From a virus: DNA of 36,180 bases. Position 1 is the stretch's first letter. Each line of letters opens with the position of its first letter. The notes beneath the pieces are model-generated. The model saw nothing but the letters and a program-made list of their open reading frames with translations. It ran no database searches and was not told where the DNA came from. Shown in pieces: positions 14,451 to 21,584 of the stretch. The position numbers and the translations under genes were made by a program. The stretch is taken from positions 1-36,180 of IMG/VR virus record IMGVR_UViG_3300046824_000128. The stretch is one strand, 5' to 3'.

Positions 14451-15055
14451 GGTCTCACACCCGCCCCCTCGCGCGCCCCGGCGTACGCCGCCACCACGCC
14501 GGCCAGCTCGCCGGCCGCCCGCTCGACGTCGCGGCGCATGTTCGGATAGGCGTAGAACGTGAGCCGCTGGTAGTCGTAGACCGTCACGCGGTGCCCGTCG
14601 TAGCGCGCCGCGAACAGGTCGTAGCAGAAGCGCTCCGCCCCGAACATGGCGAGGTACGCGCGCCACTGGAGCGAGTCGAGATACTTCTCGGCGTCGATCC
14701 GCTCGGTGAGCTTCTGGTCGTAGACCGCCACGCCGTCGAGCCCATCGACCTGGCCGACGAGCGTGACCGGCCCCGCCGGCGTCGACAGCACCGACTCCGC
14801 CCGAAGCTCGCGGACCGGCGCCAGCTCGATGGCGGCGTCGAGGTCGAAGCTGAATCGCCAGCCATCGCTCTCGACCTCCTCGACCTCGCCGAGGCGGGCG
14901 TGCTCGAACACGCCCGCGAACGCGCGCCCCGCCTCCATCGCCGGCGTCGGCGGCTCGGTGTGGGCGAGCCGCGCGAGCAGCTCGCCCACCGTGCTGTCCT
15001 CGGACGCCCGCCAATAGCGGTACGTCTCGAGGTCGGTCACCCGCAGGCGAATCAC
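14447..15055 (-). CDS. PD-(D/E)XK (Cas4/RecB-like) nuclease (202 aa)
   Basis: GQVDGLDGVAVYDQKLT fits the D...(D/E)xK core. GTG 15055 in a GTGA overlap. It follows the Sak4-like ATPase. Confidence 0.65.
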   Translation of the reverse strand: MIRLRVTDLETYRYWRASEDSTVGELLARLAHTEPPTPAMEAGRAFAGVFEHARLGEVEEVESDGWRFSFDLDAAIELAPVRELRAESVLSTPAGPVTLVGQVDGLDGVAVYDQKLTERIDAEKYLDSLQWRAYLAMFGAERFCYDLFAARYDGHRVTVYDYQRLTFYAYPNMRRDVERAAGELAGVVAAYAGAREGAGVRP

Positions 15056-15999
15056 GCCGCCTTGCTCCCCTTCTCGGAGGCCATGGTCTTCTCGGCCGCC
15101 GCCGGCGCCAGGTCGAAGGCGCCGGTCGCCTTGCTGAACGCGAACCCGCGCGCCTTCGCCGCCTTGACGATCATGCGCTTGACGTTGTCGCGCACCGCCG
15201 GGTCGGCGTCCTTCGCCAGCGGCAGGAGCGCGTCGAAGTCGGTCAGGCTCAGCGCTTTGGCGATCCGCTCCTGCCACTCGGTGAGCGCCGAGGCCGCCTT
15301 CGCCTGCACCGCCGAGAGCCGGTTGAGCGCCGCCTTCGTCTGCGCGATGACGCCCGCCAGGAACGCCGGCTCGGCGGCGTAGTCGGGGATCCCCATCGGC
15401 GCGAGCTGCGCCGGGTTCTTGCCGAAGGCGGTGTCGCTGGGCGACAGGTTGAGCGTTCGCGCGCCCTGGGCGAGGTAGATCCGCCCCATGACATCGGACG
15501 CCTTGTACACCTCGTTTTTGCTGCCGCCCTGCATGTCCAGCCGCTCGATGAGCTCGTCGCCGCTGCGCTGCTCGTCGGAGTGCGCGAGCAGGACCACGTC
15601 GAGGCCGAAGCTGCGGATCAACTTCGCCCAGGAAATAAACCGCGACTTCAGCTCGCCGTAGCCCTGGAGGCTCAGCGATCCGCCGCGCCCCATCTTGGGA
15701 TTGCCGGCGATGATCTCGGCGGTGAGGCAATCGAGCGCCCGCCCGGCGGTGTCGACGACGAGGGTCTTGTAGGCCGCCAGATCGGCGGCGGTGATCGACT
15801 CGACGTCCGACCATCGCTCAATCTGGACGACGTCGCCGCGGTTGCCGGCGCGGTAGCTGCCGCGGTCGAAGTCGAGCAGCAGGGGCTTCTCGGCGGTGAA
15901 CGCGGTGGTGGTCTTGCCGACGCCGGGGACGGCGTAGAGACAGACGGTGATGGTGGTGACTTCGATCGGCTCGCTCGCTCTCGTGATCTTCAGGCTCAT
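15052..15999 (-). CDS. Sak4-like RecA-fold ATPase (AAA_24-type single-strand annealing/recombination protein, 315 aa)
   Basis: Walker A YAVPGVGKTTTA followed by LLLDFDRG, and Walker B-like LVVDTAG. GGAG before ATG 15999. Confidence 0.8.
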   Translation of the reverse strand: MSLKITRASEPIEVTTITVCLYAVPGVGKTTTAFTAEKPLLLDFDRGSYRAGNRGDVVQIERWSDVESITAADLAAYKTLVVDTAGRALDCLTAEIIAGNPKMGRGGSLSLQGYGELKSRFISWAKLIRSFGLDVVLLAHSDEQRSGDELIERLDMQGGSKNEVYKASDVMGRIYLAQGARTLNLSPSDTAFGKNPAQLAPMGIPDYAAEPAFLAGVIAQTKAALNRLSAVQAKAASALTEWQERIAKALSLTDFDALLPLAKDADPAVRDNVKRMIVKAAKARGFAFSKATGAFDLAPAAAEKTMASEKGSKAA

Positions 16000-16069
16000 G
16001 GTGTCGACTCCTTGATGTTGCTGGTGTCGGTGTGGGTGTGAATCTGATCCTCGCCGCCGTTGATCCGGA

Positions 16070-16273
16070 TCACCAGGCCACGTCCTCGCCGCCGTAACAC
16101 AGGCCGCAGGGGCAGTCCCGGCGATGACCCGCGCCCGGCCGGCGCGGGTCCAGCTCGCAGAAGGTGGCGGTGTGCGCGTCGGACCAGCAGAGCGTCGCGA
16201 CGCGCGGGTCGCTCGCGTTCATCTCGCCATCCTCGCTGGTGGCGATGGGCTTGCCGCAGTGCTCGCAGGTCAC
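16070..16273 (-). CDS. Small Cys-rich protein (67 aa)
   Basis: GTG 16273 in a GTGA overlap. CEHCG...CPCGLC. Confidence 0.6.
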   Translation of the reverse strand: MTCEHCGKPIATSEDGEMNASDPRVATLCWSDAHTATFCELDPRRPGAGHRRDCPCGLCYGGEDVAW

Positions 16274-16512
16274 GCTGCGTCCTCCTCGGGCTCGCGGCAC
16301 CCGGCGCAGTAAACGGCGCCGCCGGGAACGTGGCGCTGGCTCTCGACGCACTCGGCCGGTTCCATCGGCGCGTCGCACCCGGCGCAGCTCCCGTGCTCGC
16401 AGTCGCCGCACACGCCGGGCGCGAAGTGGGCGACCTCCAGGCAGGTGCGGTACCCGTCCTCGTCGAGCGGGCAGCGCGGGTCGAGCTCCATCATGGCGAG
16501 CGGGCGGGCCAT
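16270..16512 (-). CDS. Small Cys-rich acidic protein (80 aa)
   Basis: Full track ORF. ATG 16512 shares one nucleotide with the upstream stop. Confidence 0.7.
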   Translation of the reverse strand: MARPLAMMELDPRCPLDEDGYRTCLEVAHFAPGVCGDCEHGSCAGCDAPMEPAECVESQRHVPGGAVYCAGCREPEEDAA

Positions 16513-16682
16513 CAGTGCACAACCTTCGTGTTGGCGGCCAGGAAGAGCTGCGCGCCGGTCTTGACCTCACCGCAACGCACGCAGGCGTAGCGGTGGCTCC
16601 AAAGGGCGCGGTAGCTACCGCCGCAGGGGCAGGTCACGCCCGAAACCAGTCCGGTCCGTCCGTTCACCTTGATGCTTACCAT
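16512..16682 (-). CDS. Small Zn-ribbon protein (56 aa); first gene of the early leftward operon, possibly leaderless
   Basis: ATG 16682 lies 7 nt downstream of a TATGAT -10 hexamer. CPCG...CVRCG. An alternative ATG 16694 would fall inside the promoter. Confidence 0.6.
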   Translation of the reverse strand: MVSIKVNGRTGLVSGVTCPCGGSYRALWSHRYACVRCGEVKTGAQLFLAANTKVVH

Positions 16683-16689
16683 GGATAGA

Positions 16690-16718
16690 ATCATACAAGT
16701 ATAAAACCATGGTGGCAA
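16690..16718 (-). promoter_or_regulatory. Strong sigma70-like promoter TTGCCA-N17-TATGAT (early leftward promoter)
   Basis: Read on the minus strand in the only clearly AT-rich 70-nt gap (16683-16753). There are 7 nt between the -10 and the ATG. Confidence 0.55.
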
Positions 16719-16753
16719 ACGAAATCGGTCGACGGGAAACCCCGGCATGACGC

Positions 16754-17212
16754 CTACCGGCGGAGCCAGGCGATCGAGGGGATCCCGAGCGCCTCGAGCG
16801 CGACCCGGTGGCGCGCGGGGATCCGGAGGGTCCCGCGGTGCCACCGGCTCACCGTGCCCCGCGAGATGCCGCACGTTTTCGCGATGTCGGCGTCTGTGAG
16901 CCCCAGCGCGATCTGAGCCTTGCGGGAGGCGGTCTGGTCCTTCCGCCCGGCCGCGATCCGCACGCCAAGGGGCATATCCTCGAGGTCGTCCGTCCTGTCT
17001 TGCACCTTCGGGAGTATGGGCGTAGTTTCAAACCTGTGCAAGCTGAGCCGTTCGCCCTTCCGCGCCCGCTCGGCGACCACCACGTCGACGAGGGCCGTCT
17101 GCGCCTCGGTGAGGGCGGCGATCGCCGCGTCCAGGCGCTGCGCCTCGACGTCGACCGCGGCGCGCTTACGGCGCAGCCGGGCGATCTGGGCGTCGAGGGG
17201 AGGGCGGGGCAC
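16754..17212 (-). CDS. HTH transcriptional regulator (152 aa; repressor/Cro-like): N-terminal coiled coil, C-terminal HTH
   Basis: C-terminal IALGLTDADIAKTCGISRGTVSRWHRG is an HTH. GTG start at 17212. An internal ATG at 16975 could give a 73-aa HTH-only product. Confidence 0.75.
   Translation of the reverse strand: MPRPPLDAQIARLRRKRAAVDVEAQRLDAAIAALTEAQTALVDVVVAERARKGERLSLHRFETTPILPKVQDRTDDLEDMPLGVRIAAGRKDQTASRKAQIALGLTDADIAKTCGISRGTVSRWHRGTLRIPARHRVALEALGIPSIAWLRR
16999..17042. promoter_or_regulatory. Dyad element CTTGCAC-N30-GTGCAAG inside the regulator gene; each arm is a -35-like TTGCAC with -10-like hexamers inside (face-to-face promoter candidates or an operator)
   Basis: Plus strand: TTGCAC(17000-17005)-N17-TAGTTT. 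Minus strand: TTGCAC(17041-17036)-N17-CATACT. It coincides with the only low-GC3 patch of the ORF. Confidence 0.4.
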
Positions 17213-17249
17213 CGGGGGGGATTGATACCATGAACATGGGAGGCGCTGA

Positions 17250-17606
17250 ATGACCGAGGCGGAGCGGGCACGGCGGCATTACGAGAAGGACCGGCGGGCG
17301 AGCAAGGCCGAGCGCGGAATATGCGCCGCGTGCACGAAGCCAGCGGCGCCCGGCAAGCGCCGGTGCGGGGAGCACCTCGCGATGGCGCGCGATCGCTGGC
17401 ACAACCGGCCCGAGGCGGCGATGGGCGTCGGCCGCGCGCCGACGGGCGCCCTCGACCCGGTAAACGCGCGGCTGGCCGCGCTGGGGCGGTGCGCGCGTTG
17501 CGGCCTGCTGCTGCCCTGTCACGGGTGCATCCCGACGGCGGCGGAGCTGGCGAGCTCGCGGCGCGGCGGCGACGAGGCGCCGGTGTCGCTGGCGAGGATC
17601 CGATAG
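17250..17606 (+). CDS. Cys-rich putative Zn-binding regulator (118 aa); first gene of the rightward arm
   Basis: GGGAGG Shine-Dalgarno 8 nt before ATG 17250. CAAC...CGEH and CARCG...CHGC motifs. Confidence 0.8.
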   Translation: MTEAERARRHYEKDRRASKAERGICAACTKPAAPGKRRCGEHLAMARDRWHNRPEAAMGVGRAPTGALDPVNARLAALGRCARCGLLLPCHGCIPTAAELASSRRGGDEAPVSLARIR

Positions 17607-17608
17607 GT

Positions 17609-17624
17609 GACCGCCCGGGCGGTC
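17609..17624. terminator. Perfect 16-bp palindrome GACCGCCCGGGCGGTC between convergent genes (bidirectional terminator candidate)
   Basis: It lies between stop 17606 (+) and stop 17623 (-). GC-rich stem, no U tract. Confidence 0.4.
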
Positions 17625-17757
17625 AGGCCAGCTGCGCGGCGACGACCGCGACCAGGGCCACGAGCGCGCCGGCGAGGGCCGCGATCGGCGTCCCGGTCAG
17701 CGCATAGCCGAGGCAGGCCCCGCCCGCCGTGGCGGCGAGATACTCCACCAGGTTCAC
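17623..17757 (-). CDS. 44-aa hydrophobic Gly/Ala-rich membrane peptide
   Basis: Hand translation: VNLVEYLAATAGGACLGYALTGTPIAALAGALVALVAVVAAQLA. High GC3. GTG start in a GTGA overlap. Below the track size cutoff. Confidence 0.5.
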   Translation of the reverse strand: MNLVEYLAATAGGACLGYALTGTPIAALAGALVALVAVVAAQLA

Positions 17758-17827
17758 GCCGAGCCCCGGGTGTCGCTGTCCGCCCCCTGCCCGAGCTTGC
17801 GCCAGACGCTGCCGAGCGCGCTCCCGG

Positions 17828-17983
17828 TCACTCGCGCTTCCCGCGCCGGTCCATGATCAGCAGGCTCGAGATGATCCCGAACAGCGAAGCCGGCGCCGCG
17901 AACAGCGCCTCGTGCAGCGCGAGCGCCGTGACGGCGCTGCCGATCGAGAGCACGAAAAACAGGATGTGGGCGGTCCGGTTCAT
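17828..17983 (-). CDS. 51-aa two-TM protein with a charged C-terminus (holin-like topology)
   Basis: Hand translation: MNRTAHILFFVLSIGSAVTALALHEALFAAPASLFGIISSLLIMDRRGKRE. High GC3. Below the track size cutoff. Confidence 0.55.
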   Translation of the reverse strand: MNRTAHILFFVLSIGSAVTALALHEALFAAPASLFGIISSLLIMDRRGKRE

Positions 17984-18114
17984 CGGGGATCACTCGGAAG
18001 CCTGCCACAGAAGAAACGGCCCCACCGGGCAATCTTCACTTCTGATTGAAACTTCTGAACGTTCCGATACAACCGTATTGTGGGTTCCGAATGGTACCTA
18101 TCGGGGCAAGGCTG

Positions 18115-18549
18115 ATGCGCCCCCCGCCGGGCCTCGTCGCCGCGTGGTACGCGCGCCTGCCCAGGGGGAGCAACATCGAAGACGCGAGGGAGCGAATGAA
18201 GCCCGACGTCCTTCCGCAAGGCCACAACGGGGCGCACCGCCGGCTCGTATCGTTCGATGCGCTGGCGCGGGTGTCGTGTTCGGCGGAGAGCGCGAGTTCG
18301 ACGCTGGGCGCGGCGTCGTGGCGCATGCCGCGCGTGCCCGGCGTGCTGGACGTCCGGGGCGCAGGGCCGAGGGCGCGGCGGGGGCAGTTCCTGCGCCGGC
18401 TGACCCTGGGCCGCCAGCGCCGCATCTTGCGCATGCTCGCCGACGGCGCAACGGTGCGGCAGGTGTCGGCGGCGACGCGCTCGAACTTCACCGTCATCGC
18501 GGCTCTGCGCCGGGCCGCGCTCAGGTGGGAGGATCCCGACGATGAGTAA
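18115..18549 (+). CDS. Small LuxR/GerE-type HTH protein (candidate late-gene activator)
   Basis: C-terminal LTLGRQRRILRMLADGATVRQVSAATRSNFTVIAAL resembles a GerE/LuxR HTH. The start is uncertain (ATG 18091, 18115 or 18196). GC3 rises from about 18115, and GGGAG precedes 18196. Confidence 0.7.
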   Translation: MRPPPGLVAAWYARLPRGSNIEDARERMKPDVLPQGHNGAHRRLVSFDALARVSCSAESASSTLGAASWRMPRVPGVLDVRGAGPRARRGQFLRRLTLGRQRRILRMLADGATVRQVSAATRSNFTVIAALRRAALRWEDPDDE

Positions 18550-18772
18550 GAGCTATCGCGTCTACTTCAACCGCTGCGAGGACACGCCGCAGGTGTGGTC
18601 GGTCGACGAGGGCACCACCGCCAGCGAGATCAACGTGCTGGGCGTCGTGGTGAAGGTCGCCGGCGCCATGATCACCCGGCAGAACCTGGAGGCGGTCTAC
18701 CCTGAGCCAAAGGCGTGGTTCGAGGCCGAGGGCCAGCTGGCCATTCAGTATGGCGTGGCGGTGATCGAATGA
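18542..18772 (+). CDS. Hypothetical protein (76 aa)
   Basis: Full track ORF, plausible sequence, overlaps both neighbours. Confidence 0.8.
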   Translation: MSKSYRVYFNRCEDTPQVWSVDEGTTASEINVLGVVVKVAGAMITRQNLEAVYPEPKAWFEAEGQLAIQYGVAVIE

Positions 18773-19155
18773 GCGCCGCCGGTGCTCCTGCCGGCCCGGC
18801 CGCCCCGGCTGCTTTAGCCGTCAAGCAGCCGGGGCACCCGAACCTGTGGCGCGGCGGCTGGAAGAAGGGCCAGAGCGGCAACAAGCGGGGCGTGTCGCGG
18901 TATCAGACCCAGCTCACGCGCGCCATCCAGCGGCAGGAGCGACCGGCGCTGGTCTGCGGGGTCATCGAGGCGATGCGGAAGGCGGCCATGCGCGGCGGGA
19001 AGGTCGCCCCGGCCGCCGCCAAGGTCTATCTCGCCGCCGTGGGCCTCGACATGCGCCCGAAGACCGACCTCGAGGACGTGCTCGAGGCGATGCGGGGGGC
19101 GCCGCAGGAGGCGCTCGAGTGGTTCGTCGCGGTGAAGGGGAGGATGGGCGGATGA
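18769..19155 (+). CDS. terS: DUF5681-like protein, putative small terminase subunit (128 aa)
   Basis: WKKGQSGNKRG matches the F/W-x-KGQSGNP-x-G signature seen in small proteins upstream of terL. ATG 18769 in an ATGA overlap. Confidence 0.6.
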   Translation: MSAAGAPAGPAAPAALAVKQPGHPNLWRGGWKKGQSGNKRGVSRYQTQLTRAIQRQERPALVCGVIEAMRKAAMRGGKVAPAAAKVYLAAVGLDMRPKTDLEDVLEAMRGAPQEALEWFVAVKGRMGG

Positions 19156-19409
19156 GGTGCGAGTCGTGCAGCCCGCAACAGACGCAGTGCCACAAGGACC
19201 GCGGGCACTTCGATGAACATGTCGATTCCCTCGGCGTCGCGTGGCCGAACCCGGCGGACGGGAACATGATGACCAGACTTCTCATCGTCGCCGAGAGGAA
19301 CTGGCAGGTCGCCGAGGACGAAGGCTCCGAGCACCGAGAGGACCTGTTGTTGTTCCGCGATGTCCGCGACCGGCTTGGACTGCCGCGCACCGGGCCGGGG
19401 TTCCGATGA
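19152..19409 (+). CDS. Hypothetical protein (85 aa)
   Basis: ATG 19152 in an ATGA overlap. The upstream part of the track ORF is a shadow. Confidence 0.7.
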   Translation: MRCESCSPQQTQCHKDRGHFDEHVDSLGVAWPNPADGNMMTRLLIVAERNWQVAEDEGSEHREDLLLFRDVRDRLGLPRTGPGFR

Positions 19410-19669
19410 AACCCAGCGAGCAGATGGTGCGCGCCCTTCGACTCGGTGACAGCGGCTGGGCGCTGCTCGGCTGTCAGGTGCAGTTCGTGCCGATGGAGGA
19501 CGGCACCGTCGTCATCGGCGTGGTGGCGATCGGCGCGCGCGACAACACACTGGTCGGCAACGAGCCGCGCGGCGTGATGCTGCTCGAGCTCGGGCGCTTC
19601 AAGGCCGACGACATCGCGGGGGCGCTGGCGCAGGCTGACCAGGCGGCGCGGCCGGCGTTGAATGGGTGA
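19406..19669 (+). CDS. Hypothetical protein (87 aa)
   Basis: ATG 19406 in an ATGA overlap. Beta-rich sequence. Confidence 0.7.
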   Translation: MKPSEQMVRALRLGDSGWALLGCQVQFVPMEDGTVVIGVVAIGARDNTLVGNEPRGVMLLELGRFKADDIAGALAQADQAARPALNG

Positions 19670-19925
19670 GCGAGCCCACCAACCCAAGGTCTTCGGCATG
19701 TCATGCCGGCACTGCTCGAACAGGCTCAACGTGTTCGACGTCGGCGCGGGGGTCTTCTACGAGCTGCCCTGCGCGGTCCCCGGCTGCATGGATTCGCCGC
19801 CGGGCGACGCTTACCGGGTGATCACGCCGACAGGCGCCGAGACCTTCGACCGGGTTAAGAGCGCGCCGAGAGACTGGAGGTGGGAGCGCCGTGAGCGACC
19901 TTTCGGTCTGGCTGCGCGCCGCTGA
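19662..19925 (+). CDS. Small Zn-ribbon-like protein (87 aa; alternative start 19698)
   Basis: CRHCSN...CAVPGC. Overlaps both neighbours. Confidence 0.65.
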   Translation: MGERAHQPKVFGMSCRHCSNRLNVFDVGAGVFYELPCAVPGCMDSPPGDAYRVITPTGAETFDRVKSAPRDWRWERRERPFGLAARR

Positions 19926-21438
19926 GGTCGAGGCGCGCCGGCGCGCAGCGCTCCAGACGGTAGCCGAACGGCCAGCCTGGTCACTGGAGTCCTACGCCGC
20001 CGGGCACGACCACCAGCTCGCGGCGATGCGCGACCGGTCGAACTGGATTCACCTGCTGTGCGACAGACAGAGCGGCAAAACGTGGGCCGACCTGGGCGTC
20101 CTGCTCGACAACGCGCTGGCTCAGCCGAACAGCATCAACGTGTTTCTCGGGCTGGTGAGCACCGGCCTCACGCTTTCGGTCTGGCCGAAGTGGCAGCAGC
20201 TCCTCGACAAGCACGGCATCGACCGGCGTGACCGCGCCGACGAGAAGATGACCACGTTCCCGAACGGCGCGATCGTGGCGTTCGGCGGCACCGACGATCT
20301 CAAGAACGTCCGCAAGTACCTCGGCAACCGCCTGGATAACGCCGTCTTCATCGTCGACGAGTGCCAGGACCAGAGCACGGCGGTGCTCTCGTACATCCTC
20401 GACGTGCTGCTCGACCCCATGTGCACGCTGACGACGAGGGTCATCCTGAGCGGCGTTCTTCCTGACCTGCCGTTCGGGCTATTCCTCGACCTGGCGACGC
20501 TCGATGAGGACTCTCAGACCGGCGGCACCCCGGCATCACGGAAGTGGTCGCACCACAGCTGGGGCCGCCTCGACAATGTGCACACGCCCGAGGCAGCCGC
20601 TCGGCTGGCGCAGCTCGAGGCGGAGAAGGGCGTCAACCATCCGCAGCTGATGCGCGACTGGAAGGGCGTCAAGCGCGTGTGGAGCACGGCGGGCACCGGC
20701 TACCACTACTTGCGCGTCCGCAACGGCTACGTGCCCGAGGTGCCGGCGTGGCTCGAAGCGGAGCGGGTCAAGCTCGAGTCCCTCGGCGTGCCCATCGCGT
20801 CGTTGATGGCCGCCGTCCCGCACGCCGGCATCGCGCACGTGAGCGCCGCCATCGACCCAGGGGGGCGCGACCGAACCTCGCTGGTGGCCAACGGGTGGGG
20901 CACGGCCTCGAGCAAGGTGCAGGAGCTGTTCGAGTGGTCGACGCCGCGCAACTCGATCGCGAAGCTCTCACACATCGGCTACGTCGCGGGAATCGTGCAG
21001 CGCATCTTCGCCCCCGCGTGGTGGTTCTGGGACGGACCGGGCTCGCTGGAGATCGACACGTTCGCGCGCGACTACGGCATCCCCACCATCAAGGCGGCGA
21101 AGAAGGTCGACCGCGACGGGCAGGTCCGCCGCGTGAACGATCTGCTCGAGGATGCCCGGTATGAGGTCATGATCGGCGGCGCCGTCGAGGAGGACATGCT
21201 CAAGGCCGCCTGGGACAAGGACCTGCTCGCGCGCGGCATCCGCGAGTGGTCACGAGCCTGGCACCCGGACCCGGCCGAGTCCGCGCGCTACACGCTCGCC
21301 CCCTACTGGGACAGCTTCGTGCCGACCGACCCGCGCAGCCGAAACGAACGCGAGCGCGCGGCGTTCATGGCCGACGCGCCCGACGACGCCGACCGGCTGC
21401 CGCCCGACCCGCTCGCCGAGGTGCTGGGCTGGCGGTGA
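19891..21438 (+). CDS. terL: Terminase large subunit (515 aa)
   Basis: Walker A CDRQSGKTW, Walker B AVFIVDECQD, and a C-terminal nuclease-type AIDPGGRD. GTG start. Position is upstream of the portal. Confidence 0.9.
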   Translation: MSDLSVWLRAAEVEARRRAALQTVAERPAWSLESYAAGHDHQLAAMRDRSNWIHLLCDRQSGKTWADLGVLLDNALAQPNSINVFLGLVSTGLTLSVWPKWQQLLDKHGIDRRDRADEKMTTFPNGAIVAFGGTDDLKNVRKYLGNRLDNAVFIVDECQDQSTAVLSYILDVLLDPMCTLTTRVILSGVLPDLPFGLFLDLATLDEDSQTGGTPASRKWSHHSWGRLDNVHTPEAAARLAQLEAEKGVNHPQLMRDWKGVKRVWSTAGTGYHYLRVRNGYVPEVPAWLEAERVKLESLGVPIASLMAAVPHAGIAHVSAAIDPGGRDRTSLVANGWGTASSKVQELFEWSTPRNSIAKLSHIGYVAGIVQRIFAPAWWFWDGPGSLEIDTFARDYGIPTIKAAKKVDRDGQVRRVNDLLEDARYEVMIGGAVEEDMLKAAWDKDLLARGIREWSRAWHPDPAESARYTLAPYWDSFVPTDPRSRNERERAAFMADAPDDADRLPPDPLAEVLGWR

Positions 21439-21542
21439 CCGCACACGGTGCACAATCGGCGGTGCATCTCTGCGAGCTCCGCGAGCGTGAGTGGCCGGCC
21501 CTTGGCCGTCACCGCGATGCGGATCGCCGTCTCCAGCGTCAT
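21303..21542 (-). CDS. Possible small HTH-like protein (79 aa) whose 3' part is antisense to the terL 3' end
   Basis: The first ~35 codons fill the otherwise empty 21439-21542 gap with high GC3 (GRPLTLAELAEMHRRL). The remainder may be an antisense-frame artefact. No clear Shine-Dalgarno sequence. Confidence 0.35.
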   Translation of the reverse strand: MTLETAIRIAVTAKGRPLTLAELAEMHRRLCTVCGHRQPSTSASGSGGSRSASSGASAMNAARSRSFRLRGSVGTKLSQ

Positions 21543-21557
21543 GCACCGAGGTTAACA

Positions 21558-21576
21558 CCGCGGTAGCGAAATGCCC
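21558..21576 (+). promoter_or_regulatory. Conserved late-arm motif, copy 2 (CCGCGGTAGCGAAATGCCC)
   Basis: 19/19 identical to copy 1. It lies 8 nt upstream of ATG 21585, and no Shine-Dalgarno sequence is present. Confidence 0.55.
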
Positions 21577-21584
21577 TAGGCGAC

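Noticed and set aside
16754-16975. Calling only the 73-aa HTH-only ORF (ATG 16975) as the regulator gene, and treating 16976-17249 as intergenic
   Set aside because: Codons 1-55 of the long form (17212-17045) have strong coding-type GC3 and a coiled-coil sequence. The Shine-Dalgarno spacing before ATG 16975 is too short. The short isoform is kept only as a hypothesis in the findings.
17754-17831. 25-aa ORF (VTGSALGSVWRKLGQGADSDTRGSA) linking the two membrane-peptide genes
   Set aside because: It is very short and hydrophilic with no distinguishing feature. The GTGA overlaps on both sides are suggestive, but it may just be a spacer. The longer track ORF 17754..18032 in this frame is a shadow.
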